From Aliiroseovarius subalbicans (GTDB lineage: Bacteria; Pseudomonadota; Alphaproteobacteria; Rhodobacterales; Rhodobacteraceae), in the NCBI RefSeq assembly GCF_022678625.1, contig NZ_JALBYQ010000001.1, positions 1,107,895-1,139,894 on the forward strand: a stretch of DNA of 32,000 nt, given 5' to 3'. Made by a program: the position numbers and the translations under genes. This document shows positions 7,925-16,624 of the stretch, in pieces. Within the stretch, counting starts at the first letter, position 1, and every line of letters starts with the position of its first letter. Under the pieces are notes generated by a model. The model did not search any database, was not told the origin of the DNA, and worked only from the letters and a program-made list of their open reading frames with translations.

Positions 7925-8881
7925 ATGCAGGAAGATGTCCTGACAGTACCTGTTGACCTGGCCGAAGCCAGTCGCGCGGATTGGTTGGCCCAAATCGAAG
8001 ACATGGGTGAAGAGCGGGGGTATTTCGAACCGCTGGGCAAGCGCCACGCGGCCATCCTGACCGACGAGGGGCCGACCCTGATCGTCACGTTCGAAACCAT
8101 CGACGCGATCCGGACGGGGTCGGAAAGCCATGAACCGATGGGTTGGGAACTGGTGGCCGAGGACGGCTGGTCCAACCTATGCCTGCTGGCCCATGACGAC
8201 AGCTGGTTTCGTGACAAATCCGTATATGGGTATTTCGACCGTCTGGTAGATGACGGATTCTTCGAAGATTTCGACCGCGTGGTTTTCTATGGCACCGGCA
8301 TGTGCGGTTATGCAGCGGCGGCCTATTCGGTCGTGGCGCCCGGCGCGACGGTGATCGCGCTGCAACCGCAAGCCACGCTGGATCCGGCCCTGACCGAATG
8401 GGACACACGGTTTCCCGCCATGCGCCGCACCTCGTTCACGGACCGGTATGGCTATGCCCCCGATATGATCGAGGCAGCCGAGGGCGCCTTCATCATCTAC
8501 GACCCCACCGTGCCGGTGGATGCGATGCATGCGGCGCTGTTTAAGCGGTCGAACGTAACCCGGCTGCGCTGCCCCAACCTGGGCCACACGCTGGAAGCGG
8601 ACTTGTGGCAGATGGGTGCCCTGCCCGACATGATTGGTGCTGCGGCCCAAGGCAATCTGGATGCACCCATGTTCCACCGGCTGTATCGCCAGCGGCGCAC
8701 GCATATGCCGTACCTGCGCACGCTGCTTGAGCGGATGCAGAACGCGAACCGCCCGCGCATGGTGCAGATGCTGTCGAACTCGGTCGTCGCGCGCATGAAC
8801 GCGCCGCGCTTCCGCCGCGCCCGCGAACTGGCCGAACAGCAGTTGGAGGGCACTCCCTCTGAAACCACCCCGATCCTTTGA
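7925..8881 (+). CDS. Conserved-looking hypothetical protein, soluble, function unknown
   Basis: This is track ORF 7874..8881, whose start at 7874 is TTG. I prefer ATG 7925 (MQEDVLTVPVDL), which has GGAG at 7914-7917. Third codon positions are strongly G/C biased, like the flanking genes. A beta-alpha-beta-like stretch, RVVFYGTGMCGYAAAAYSVVAPGATVIALQP, is present. I cannot name a family for it. Confidence 0.65.
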   Translation: MQEDVLTVPVDLAEASRADWLAQIEDMGEERGYFEPLGKRHAAILTDEGPTLIVTFETIDAIRTGSESHEPMGWELVAEDGWSNLCLLAHDDSWFRDKSVYGYFDRLVDDGFFEDFDRVVFYGTGMCGYAAAAYSVVAPGATVIALQPQATLDPALTEWDTRFPAMRRTSFTDRYGYAPDMIEAAEGAFIIYDPTVPVDAMHAALFKRSNVTRLRCPNLGHTLEADLWQMGALPDMIGAAAQGNLDAPMFHRLYRQRRTHMPYLRTLLERMQNANRPRMVQMLSNSVVARMNAPRFRRARELAEQQLEGTPSETTPIL

Positions 8882-8990
8882 CCGCACCTCGCGAGACTTG
8901 TGCAAATCCTTGACGTGGATCAACGAGGACATCTTACCAAACGGATAAAGCATGGCGTAACTTCTTTTGTTTTCTGAAAGGACGCGCACC

Positions 8991-11381
8991 ATGACCAATG
9001 GCATTCAACACCTGATTTGGTTCGAAGACCTTCGCCGCGAAGACGGCGCTCTTGTCGGGGGTAAAAACTCGTCCCTTGGCGAAATGGTCGCTAAGCTGGA
9101 CCCGCTGGGCATCAAGGTCCCACCGGGCTACGCCACCACCGCCGACGCCTTCCGTGCCTTCATCAAGGCCAACGGGCTGACCAAGCTGATCAAGAAGACG
9201 ATGGAGGATCTGGCGGCCGAAAAGATCACGCTGGCCAAGGCCGGCAAAAAGGTGCGCAAGGCGATTGCCGCAGGCGAATTTCCCGCCGACACCCGGGACG
9301 CGATCATCGCGGCCTATCATGAGCTGGGCAAACGCACCGGCCATGCAGAGGCCTCGGTCGCCGTGCGGTCGTCTGCCACCGCCGAGGACCTGCCCGACGC
9401 GTCGTTCGCCGGTCAGCAGGAAACCTTCCTGAACGTGCGTGGGGAAAAGGCGCTGTTGGATACCTGTCGGCGCTGCTATGCGTCGCTGTTCACCGACCGG
9501 GCCATCACCTATCGCACGATCCAGGGCTTCGACCACCTTGACGTGGCGCTGTCGATTGGCGTGCAGCTGATGGTGCGCTCGGACATCGGTGGCTCGGGCG
9601 TCATGTTCTCGATCGACACCGAAACCGGGTTTGACAAATCCGTCCTGATCAACGCCGCCTGGGGCCTGGGTGAAAACGTCGTGCAAGGCGCGGTGACGCC
9701 GGACGAATACCAGGTCTACAAACCGTTCCTGGACAATCACGACCTCAACCCGATCCTTGAGAAAAAGCTGGGCGCGAAAGAGAAGAAGATGATCTATGCC
9801 GGGCTGGAGGGGGGCGACATTCGCAACGTGCCGACCTCGAAGGCCGAGCGCGCGTCGTTTGTCCTGTCCGACCCGGAAATCCTGGATCTGGCCCGCATGG
9901 CCAAGACGATCGAGGAGCATTACGGCTGCCCGATGGACATGGAATGGGCCCGCGACGGCGATACCGGCAAGCTCTATATCGTGCAGGCGCGCCCCGAAAC
10001 GGTGCAAAGCCGTGCGGATGTGGGGGCGATGAAGTCCTATACGGTGAAATCTGCCGGTGAGGTTCTGCTCAAAGGTCTGTCGGTGGGTGCTGCCGTGGCG
10101 ACCGGACAGATCTGCCTGATCGAGGACGTGAAGAACATCGACAAATTCGTTGATGGCGCGATCCTCGTAACCTCCACCACCGACCCGGACTGGGTGCCGA
10201 TCATGAAACGCGCCAGCGCCATCATCACGGACGCGGGCGGGCGCACCTCGCACGCGGCGATTGTCAGCCGTGAACTGGGCGTGCCAGCCATCGTCGGCAC
10301 CGGCACTGCGACCCACTTGCTGCACGACGAACAGGAAGTGACGGTCTCCTGCGCCGAAGGTGACGAAGGCATCATCTATGCCGGCATCGCCGAGTATGAG
10401 GTCGAGGACCTGCGTCTGGACAACGTGCCGGAAACCAAGACCAAGATCATGCTGAACTTGGCCAACCCCTCCACCGCCGCACGGTGGTGGAAACTGCCGG
10501 TCGATGGCGTCGGTCTGGCGCGTATGGAGTTCGTGATCAACAACGCGATCAAGGTGCACCCGCTGGCGCTGATCAACTTCGATCAGCTGCGCGATCAGGC
10601 GGCCCGCGACGAGATCGAGGAACTGACCAAGGGCTATGACGACAAGACCGATTACTTCGTCGAACACCTTGCCATGGGCCTCAGCCGCATCGCCGCACTT
10701 GTCTATCCGAAACCGGTGATCGTGCGCATGTCGGACTTCAAGACGAACGAATACGCCGACCTTCTGGGCGGGCGTCAGTTCGAACCGCACGAAGAAAACC
10801 CGATGATCGGCTTCCGTGGTGCGTCGCGCTATTACTCCGAAAGCTACAGCCCCGGCTTCGCGCTGGAATGCAAAGCGATCGAGAAGCTGCGCGAAGAAAT
10901 GGGCTTTGACAACGTCGTCGTCATGATCCCCTTCTGTCGCTCGCTGGACGAGGCGGACAAGGTGTTGGAGGTGATGGGCCAGAACGGGCTGTCGCGCGGT
11001 GAGAAAGGCCTAGAGGTCTATGTCATGTGCGAAATCCCCGCCAACGTGATTCTGGCCGAGCGTTTCGCCGACCGGTTCGACGGCTTCTCGATCGGGTCGA
11101 ATGACCTGACCCAGCTGACGCTGGGTGTTGACCGGGATTCGGGTGAACTGGCCGATTTGTTCGACGAATCGAACGATGCGGTGACCTGGATGATCCGCAC
11201 GGTGATCGAAAAGGCCCATGCGCATGGCTCCCACGTGGGTCTGTGTGGGCAGGCGCCGTCGAACAACCCTGAATTCGCACAGCTTCTGGTGGATGCCGAG
11301 ATCGACACGATTTCGGTCACGCCCGACAGCTTCATCGCGGTGAAGGAACATGTCGCCGCGGCCGAGGCCAAGAAGAAATAG
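8991..11381 (+). CDS. ppsA: Phosphoenolpyruvate synthase (pyruvate, water dikinase)
   Basis: The product is 796 aa counted from [14 protein letters not shown] (ATG 8991, AAAGGA SD). It has the N-terminal [10 protein letters not shown], the phospho-histidine motif [21 protein letters not shown] and the C-terminal PEP-utilising block GLCGQAPS. It is colinear with E. coli PpsA. Confidence 0.95.
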   Translation: MTNGIQHLIWFEDLRREDGALVGGKNSSLGEMVAKLDPLGIKVPPGYATTADAFRAFIKANGLTKLIKKTMEDLAAEKITLAKAGKKVRKAIAAGEFPADTRDAIIAAYHELGKRTGHAEASVAVRSSATAEDLPDASFAGQQETFLNVRGEKALLDTCRRCYASLFTDRAITYRTIQGFDHLDVALSIGVQLMVRSDIGGSGVMFSIDTETGFDKSVLINAAWGLGENVVQGAVTPDEYQVYKPFLDNHDLNPILEKKLGAKEKKMIYAGLEGGDIRNVPTSKAERASFVLSDPEILDLARMAKTIEEHYGCPMDMEWARDGDTGKLYIVQARPETVQSRADVGAMKSYTVKSAGEVLLKGLSVGAAVATGQICLIEDVKNIDKFVDGAILVTSTTDPDWVPIMKRASAIITDAGGRTSHAAIVSRELGVPAIVGTGTATHLLHDEQEVTVSCAEGDEGIIYAGIAEYEVEDLRLDNVPETKTKIMLNLANPSTAARWWKLPVDGVGLARMEFVINNAIKVHPLALINFDQLRDQAARDEIEELTKGYDDKTDYFVEHLAMGLSRIAALVYPKPVIVRMSDFKTNEYADLLGGRQFEPHEENPMIGFRGASRYYSESYSPGFALECKAIEKLREEMGFDNVVVMIPFCRSLDEADKVLEVMGQNGLSRGEKGLEVYVMCEIPANVILAERFADRFDGFSIGSNDLTQLTLGVDRDSGELADLFDESNDAVTWMIRTVIEKAHAHGSHVGLCGQAPSNNPEFAQLLVDAEIDTISVTPDSFIAVKEHVAAAEAKKK

Positions 11382-11405
11382 ACCTCTTTAGGAGAGGCAT
11401 CAACA

Positions 11406-11440
11406 AAAGGGGCCGGTGCGCAATCATCGGCCCTTTTCGT
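11406..11440 (+). terminator. Putative intrinsic terminator downstream of ppsA
   Basis: The stem pairs AAAGGGGCCG (11406-11415) with CGGCCCTTTT (11428-11437). That is 10 bp including one G-U pair, with a 12-nt loop, and the T-run runs into TTTTCGTGT. It starts 25 nt after the ppsA stop. Confidence 0.55.
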
Positions 11441-11547
11441 GTGCATAGACCCAGAGGCGCTGTGACGTTTACTGCCGGGTAACCAAATGCTCCTAGCGTG
11501 GTCAGGGATAGACTGAACCTTGACCACTGACAGCCTGGGGGACCTCG

Positions 11548-11877
11548 ATGCGAAACATACACCCGGTCGAAGAACTGGCGGAAATCCGCGCCGAGATGCG
11601 CCAGCTGAAGGCGCGTGAGGCCGAACTCAGGCGCTATTTCCTGTCCGAAGCTGCGCCCGCCTGCGAGGGGCCTTTTCACCGGGTCGACATCCGCCGGCAA
11701 CGCGCCCGTGTTTTCGACAAGACCCGCCTGCCGCAGGTCATCCTGTCGGATCCGCGATTCTACAAGGATCGGGTGTCCGACGTGGTGAAGGTGCAGCCCG
11801 TCATGGCTCACACCCCGTTGCCTGGTCTTTCGGACGGCTGGGGGGACGACATAGACCTGATCGAACCCTGTCACTAG
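11548..11877 (+). CDS. Small hypothetical protein (109 aa) with a predicted coiled-coil N-terminus
   Basis: Third codon positions are strongly G/C biased in this frame, whereas the overlapping minus-strand ORF 11332..11874 has shadow-ORF composition. GGGGGA lies 7-8 nt upstream of the ATG. The N-terminus EELAEIRAEMRQLKAREAELRRY is heptad-like. I recognise no family. Confidence 0.5.
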   Translation: MRNIHPVEELAEIRAEMRQLKAREAELRRYFLSEAAPACEGPFHRVDIRRQRARVFDKTRLPQVILSDPRFYKDRVSDVVKVQPVMAHTPLPGLSDGWGDDIDLIEPCH

Positions 11878-11957
11878 CGCGCAAGACGCCTTTTCGTCGG
11901 CGGCGCGACGATTCTTCTCTGGTCTGGAAATGATGGGCGCGCTATCCCTGCCGCATC

Positions 11958-12998
11958 ATGACACACAGCCTTACCATCCGCCGCCCCGATGACTGGCACC
12001 TGCACCTGCGCGATGGCGCGGTGCTGAACGCCGTCCTGCCCGAAACCGCGCGCCACTTTGCCCGCGCCATCATCATGCCCAACCTGGTACCCCCTGTGGT
12101 CACCGGGGTCGATGCCGCCGCGTATCGCGACCGCATTCTGGCCGCCCTGCCCGACGGTATGGGGTTCGAGCCGCTGATGACGCTTTACTTGACCGAGGAC
12201 ACCGACCCCGAAGACGTCGCCGCCGCCCATGCCAGCGGGCTGATCACGGCGGTAAAGCTGTACCCGGCCGGGGCCACCACGAACTCGGCCAGCGGCGTCA
12301 GCGATTTCCGCAAGGTGCAGAACGTGCTGGAGAAAATGGCCGAGATCGGCCTGCCGCTTTGTGTGCACGGCGAAGTCACGGATAGCGAGATCGACATTTT
12401 CGACCGCGAGGCCGTGTTCATCGACCGCGTGCTGGACCCGATCCGCCGCGCCACCCCCGGGCTGCGCGTCGTGATGGAACATATCACCACGAAAAACGGT
12501 GTGGATTACGTGCGCGCGAACGACACAGACCTGGGTGCAACAATCACCACGCACCACCTGATCATCAACCGCAACCACATCCTGGTGGGCGGGATCAAGC
12601 CGCATTACTACTGCCTGCCCGTGGCAAAACGCGAAGAGCATCGCATCGCCTTGCGGGAGGCAGCGACCAGCGGCGATGCGCGGTTCTTCCTGGGCACGGA
12701 TTCGGCCCCGCATATCGACCCACTGAAGGAAAACGCCTGTGGCTGTGCGGGCTGTTTCACCGCAACGAATACCATGTCCTGCCTGGCCGAAGTGTTCGAG
12801 CAGGACGGCGCGCTGGACCAGCTCGAAGCCTTCGCCTCGCTCAACGGTCCCGCCTTTTACCGCCTGCCCGTCAACGACGCGACCATCACCCTGACCAAGG
12901 GCGATGCCGTTGATTATCCACCGAAAATCGAATGTGACGCCGGGGACATCACCGTCTTTGACCCCGGTTTCCCCCTGCACTGGAGTGTCTCTGCATGA
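11958..12998 (+). CDS. pyrC: Dihydroorotase (class II, E. coli type)
   Basis: The N-terminus [43 protein letters not shown] closely matches E. coli PyrC ([15 protein letters not shown]...AIVMPNLAPPV). FLGTDSAPH is also present. The product is 346 aa. Confidence 0.95.
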   Translation: MTHSLTIRRPDDWHLHLRDGAVLNAVLPETARHFARAIIMPNLVPPVVTGVDAAAYRDRILAALPDGMGFEPLMTLYLTEDTDPEDVAAAHASGLITAVKLYPAGATTNSASGVSDFRKVQNVLEKMAEIGLPLCVHGEVTDSEIDIFDREAVFIDRVLDPIRRATPGLRVVMEHITTKNGVDYVRANDTDLGATITTHHLIINRNHILVGGIKPHYYCLPVAKREEHRIALREAATSGDARFFLGTDSAPHIDPLKENACGCAGCFTATNTMSCLAEVFEQDGALDQLEAFASLNGPAFYRLPVNDATITLTKGDAVDYPPKIECDAGDITVFDPGFPLHWSVSA

Positions 12999-13675
12999 TC
13001 CCCACCAGCTTCCCGCCGAAAGAGGAAATGGCCCGCCTGACCGCCCGGATGCTTCTGGAAATCGGCGCGGTGAACTTCAATACGGATGAGCCCTTCACCC
13101 TGGCCTCGGGTCTGCCCAGCCCGTCCTACATCGATTGCCGCAAGCTGATCAGCTTTCCGCGCATCCGATCCACCCTGATGGATTTCCTGTCGGTCACGAT
13201 CATGCGCGAAGCCGGGTTTGAGGCCTTCGACAATATCGCTGGCGGCGAAACAGCGGGCATTCCTTTTGCTGCGCTGGTGGCCGAACGTCTGGCCCTGCCG
13301 ATGACTTATGTGCGCAAGAAGCCCAAGGGCTATGGCAAGAACGCCCGGATCGAAGGCGCGATGGATGATAGCCAGCGTGTTCTGCTGGTCGAGGATCTGA
13401 CCACCGATGGGGGATCAAAACTGTCTTTCGTCGACGCGATTCGCGACACCGGGGCCAGCTGCGGCGCCACTGCGGTGATCTTTTACTACGACATTTTCCC
13501 CGAGACCGAGAAAACCCTTGGCGATCATGGGGTTCAGCTGATCCACCTGTGCACCTGGTGGGACGTGCTGGCCGAAGCCAAGGCGCAAGGGGCGTTTTCC
13601 GACGCCACTTTGGCCGAGGTCGAACGCTTCTTGAAGGCCCCGCGCGCCTGGCAGGAAGAGCGCACCAAGGGATAA
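12995..13675 (+). CDS. pyrE: Orotate phosphoribosyltransferase
   Basis: The product is 226 aa with the PRPP-binding loop [14 protein letters not shown]. An ATGA start/stop overlap with pyrC (12995-12998) indicates a pyrC-pyrE operon. Confidence 0.93.
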   Translation: MIPTSFPPKEEMARLTARMLLEIGAVNFNTDEPFTLASGLPSPSYIDCRKLISFPRIRSTLMDFLSVTIMREAGFEAFDNIAGGETAGIPFAALVAERLALPMTYVRKKPKGYGKNARIEGAMDDSQRVLLVEDLTTDGGSKLSFVDAIRDTGASCGATAVIFYYDIFPETEKTLGDHGVQLIHLCTWWDVLAEAKAQGAFSDATLAEVERFLKAPRAWQEERTKG

Positions 13676-13743
13676 TTCTCGCCCGAATTAAGCTGTATCT
13701 GGGGATCCTTTTGCGGAAGCCCCCCAAATCTGGTATGTTCGGG

Positions 13744-13752
13744 TTATCCACA
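13744..13752 (+). promoter_or_regulatory. Perfect consensus DnaA box TTATCCACA upstream of dnaB
   Basis: The box is an exact 9/9 match to the E. coli-type consensus and lies 79 nt upstream of the dnaB ATG. It is centred between the inverted arms GTATGTT (13733-13739) and AACATAC (13755-13761). A TACAAT hexamer lies at 13759-13764. Confidence 0.6.
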
Positions 13753-13830
13753 GAAACATACAATTTGCCCCCTCCGCGGGCGCTGGGGTAAACCCTGCAT
13801 CCAGACCATTTCGGGGGGAATGAGGGTAAG

Positions 13831-15330
13831 ATGAACGAGATCAGTGCGATCCCACAGGGTGAACAGGACGGCGCAAAATCGGACGATGAAGCGGGCACCC
13901 TGCCCCACCACATCGAAGCTGAACAGCAGCTTCTGGGCGCGATCCTGACCAACAACGACGTCTATGACCGCGTCGCGCAGATCATCAAGCCCGAGCATTT
14001 CTATGAACCTGTGCACGCGCGCATCTTCGAGATTTCCGCAAACCGGATCTCCAAGAACGCCCTGGCCAGCCCGGTCACGCTGAAGGCGTTCATGGAGGAT
14101 GATGACGGTCTGAAAGAATTGGGCGGCCCGGCGTATCTTGCCCGCATCGCCGGGGCGGCAATCTCGTCCTTTGCCGCGCGGGATTATGCGCAGATGATCT
14201 ATGACCTGGCTGTCCGGCGCGAGCTGATCCGGCTGGGCGGCGACATTTCCGCCAAGGCGGCGAAGGTCGAGGCCACGTCCGAGCCGATGGACCAGATCGT
14301 CGAGGCCGAGCAATCGCTTTACAAGCTTGCCGAACAGGGTCAGGCCACGACCGGGTTTGTCAGTTTCCTGTCTGCGGTCACCGACGCGGTGCAGGTCGCC
14401 AATGCGGCTTACATGCGCGACGGCGGGCTTGCAGGTGTGTCCACCGGGTTGATTGATCTGGACAAAAAGCTTGGCGGTTTGCACAGATCCGACCTTCTGA
14501 TCCTTGCCGGGCGCCCCTCGATGGGCAAGACATCACTGGCCACCAACATCGCGTTCAACATCGCCAAGGCCTACAAAAAGGGCACCCTGCCCGACGGCTC
14601 TGAAGGGGCCATCGAAGGCGGTGTGGTTGGTTTCTACTCGCTTGAAATGTCGTCCGAACAGCTCGCCGCCCGGATCTTGTCCGAGGCGTCCGAAGTGCCG
14701 TCAGAACAGATCCGCCGCGGCGACATGACCGAAGGCGAGTTTCGCCGCTTCGTCGACGCCGCCAAGGCGCTGGAAAGCTGCCCGCTGTATATCGACGACA
14801 CCGCCGCAATCCCGATCGCGCAGCTGGCCGCCCGGGCGCGCCGCCTGAAGCGCGAAAAGGGGCTGGATGTGCTGATCGTCGACTACCTTCAGCTGGTACG
14901 CGGCACGGCCGAAAACCGGGTGCAGGAAATCGGTGAGATTTCGATGGGCCTGAAGGCGATCGCCAAGGAATTGCAGATCCCGGTGATTGCCCTGTCCCAG
15001 CTGTCGCGCCAGGTCGAAAGCCGTGACGACAAGCGCCCGCAGCTGTCGGACTTGCGCGAATCCGGCTCGATCGAGCAGGACGCCGACGTGGTCATGTTCG
15101 TGTACCGCGAGGAATATTACGCCGAGCGCGAAAAGCCCGGTGAGGACAATTTGGAAGCCATGGCCGCCTGGCAGGAACGCATGGAGCGCCTGTATGGCAA
15201 GGCCGAGGTGGTGATTGGCAAGCAGCGTCACGGGCCTATTGGCAACGTGGAACTCAGCTTCGAAGGCCGCTTCACCCGGTTCGGCAATCTGGTGCAGCCC
15301 TGGCAGCAGGGCGACGACCAGGGGTTCTGA
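13831..15330 (+). CDS. dnaB: Replicative DNA helicase DnaB
   Basis: The product is 499 aa. It has the N-terminal LPHHIEAEQQLLGAIL, Walker A GRPSMGKTSLATNIA, Walker B VLIVDYLQL, and SQLSRQVE / LRESGSIEQDAD / GKQRHGP. Confidence 0.97.
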   Translation: MNEISAIPQGEQDGAKSDDEAGTLPHHIEAEQQLLGAILTNNDVYDRVAQIIKPEHFYEPVHARIFEISANRISKNALASPVTLKAFMEDDDGLKELGGPAYLARIAGAAISSFAARDYAQMIYDLAVRRELIRLGGDISAKAAKVEATSEPMDQIVEAEQSLYKLAEQGQATTGFVSFLSAVTDAVQVANAAYMRDGGLAGVSTGLIDLDKKLGGLHRSDLLILAGRPSMGKTSLATNIAFNIAKAYKKGTLPDGSEGAIEGGVVGFYSLEMSSEQLAARILSEASEVPSEQIRRGDMTEGEFRRFVDAAKALESCPLYIDDTAAIPIAQLAARARRLKREKGLDVLIVDYLQLVRGTAENRVQEIGEISMGLKAIAKELQIPVIALSQLSRQVESRDDKRPQLSDLRESGSIEQDADVVMFVYREEYYAEREKPGEDNLEAMAAWQERMERLYGKAEVVIGKQRHGPIGNVELSFEGRFTRFGNLVQPWQQGDDQGF

Positions 15331-15384
15331 TCCCCAACCTCGCGATCAAAGGGCTCACGCCCGAAACACTTCCCAGAAACAAGC

Positions 15385-15412
15385 GAAGGGCGGCCACTTG
15401 GGGCCGCCCTTC
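15385..15412. terminator. Shared (bidirectional) intrinsic terminator between the convergent dnaB and bioY genes
   Basis: A perfect 11-bp GC-rich stem pairs GAAGGGCGGCC (15385-15395) with GGCCGCCCTTC (15402-15412), with a 6-nt loop ACTTGG. TCTCATTC follows on the plus strand and GCTTGTTTCT follows on the minus strand. Confidence 0.7.
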
Positions 15413-15438
15413 TCATTCAGTAAACGCTGCGGTGAAAA

Positions 15439-16038
15439 TCAGGCGCGGGCGTTGCCGACCAGTTTCCACACGCCGGGCACGATCAGCGCAGCCAGGGCCA
15501 GCTTGACCACATCACCGACGATGAACGGGGTAAAGCCCCACTCCAGGATCGGCTTGTCCCAGCCATACAGCATACCCAGCCAGATCAGTCCGGGAACGTA
15601 AATCAGCGCGTTGCCCAGCACCATCGCGCCGGCCATCTTGCCCATCGACCGGTCCCAGCCTTTGCGCGCCAGAGCGCCCAGCGCCAGGGTGGCCAGCACA
15701 TAGCCGACCAGATAACCACCGGTGCCGCCCATCATGTAGGTCAGCCCGTTGGCCTCGGCCGAGGAATTGGCGAAGACGTCAAAGCCCAGCATACCTACGA
15801 TCATGTAGCCAAAGATCGTCGCCAGACCCAGGCGCGGGCCGTAAGCCGCACCCAGCGTCAGAACGGCAAAGGTGCCCATGGTGATCGGCACGGGCCACAT
15901 CGGCACCTTGATCTTGGCGGCAATGGCCAGAACGGCGATGCCGACCAGCACCAGAGCCACCTGTTTCACGCGAAGGGCGGTGCCTTCGGTGGGGCCGAAC
16001 ATTTCGCTCAGAACCTTGTCATTCATCGTGATAGCCAT
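15439..16038 (-). CDS. bioY: Biotin transporter BioY (ECF-type S component)
   Basis: The product is a hydrophobic six-helix protein with typical BioY blocks: KVPMWPVPITMGTFAVLTLGAAYGP, GGTGGYLVGY and FIVGDVVKLALAA. I trimmed the track ORF (15439..16104) to MAITMNDK (ATG 16038-16036), which is preceded by AAGGAAGAG. Confidence 0.88.
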   Translation of the reverse strand: MAITMNDKVLSEMFGPTEGTALRVKQVALVLVGIAVLAIAAKIKVPMWPVPITMGTFAVLTLGAAYGPRLGLATIFGYMIVGMLGFDVFANSSAEANGLTYMMGGTGGYLVGYVLATLALGALARKGWDRSMGKMAGAMVLGNALIYVPGLIWLGMLYGWDKPILEWGFTPFIVGDVVKLALAALIVPGVWKLVGNARA

Positions 16039-16119
16039 ACGTCTCTCTTCCTTCATGAGTGGCGTCAGTGTTACGGGCCTTTTTGCACCAGCAGAATGCT
16101 GCACGCAAGCACCGCGTTG

Positions 16120-16530
16120 TTAGCGCCGGTAATCCGAGATCATCGTGTAATCCTTGCGCGGCCCGGTCACACGCCAGATCGCGCGCCAATCGGGCCAGTG
16201 GGTGAAGTTGTAACTCACCTCGTAGAAATCCGGCGGGCAATCGTGAAACGCGGTCACTACCGGCTGGTCCAGCGCGATGCGGTGAAAGTCCCGTCCGTCG
16301 TCGAACATGACGTCAATCGCCCCATCCCCGGGCCGCCAAGTGTATCGACGGGTCGCGGCCATGCCCGGCCCGTCGGGCAGCCGCAATTCACCGGCCTCCT
16401 CATAGGCGAGGCCCGCGCCCTCCCGCGTGAACACCGCCACGCCTTCAAACAGCCCGGTGCCGCCGGTCTTTGCGTCCTCGATCCGGCGCGACAGCCGCCA
16501 GCGGCCTTCGAAATCCATCAATTGCGGCAC
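16120..16530 (-). CDS. Hypothetical protein, 136 aa (resembles what I recall as the DUF6314 family)
   Basis: Coding-type codon bias is present. The sequence reads MDFEGRWRLSRRIEDAKTGGTGLFEGVAVFT...YTWRPGDGAIDVMFDDGRDFH...HDCPPDFYEVSY. The family name is from memory only. Confidence 0.6.
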   Translation of the reverse strand: MPQLMDFEGRWRLSRRIEDAKTGGTGLFEGVAVFTREGAGLAYEEAGELRLPDGPGMAATRRYTWRPGDGAIDVMFDDGRDFHRIALDQPVVTAFHDCPPDFYEVSYNFTHWPDWRAIWRVTGPRKDYTMISDYRR

Positions 16531-16624
16531 ATCCGCCCCCTTGCGACATGCGCACGCCTTGCCGCGCGCGCGTGGTCAGTCTAAGACGCGCGCAACCGCT
16601 GCTCAAACCGAAAAGGCCTCTCCC

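Noticed and set aside
8290-8340. A possible alpha/beta-hydrolase nucleophile elbow in the 318-aa protein (YGTGMCGYAA).
   Set aside because: The sequence does not fit G-x-S/C-x-G. The Cys is followed by Gly-Tyr, not x-Gly. I therefore make no catalytic claim.
8910-8938. A candidate ppsA promoter, TTGACG-N17-CTTACC.
   Set aside because: The -35 hexamer is good but the -10 is poor. I cannot support a promoter call from sequence alone.
8934-10790. A 618-aa ORF on the minus strand, the longest antisense ORF in the window.
   Set aside because: It lies entirely opposite ppsA, whose product I recognise end to end. The antisense translation is rich in Arg, Gly, Ala, Val and His and low in complexity, as expected for a shadow ORF in high-GC DNA, and it contains no motif.
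12500-12508. A near-DnaA box, TGTGGATTA (8/9 match on the minus strand).
   Set aside because: It has one mismatch, lies inside pyrC coding sequence, and has no partner boxes. It is expected by chance.
16039-16119. I looked for a BioR-type operator (a TTAT...ATAA palindrome) or a terminator upstream of bioY. I found only an imperfect hairpin around CAGCA-TTC-TGCTG.
   Set aside because: No BioR-like palindrome is present. The hairpin is followed by an A-run, not a U-run, on the transcribed (minus) strand.
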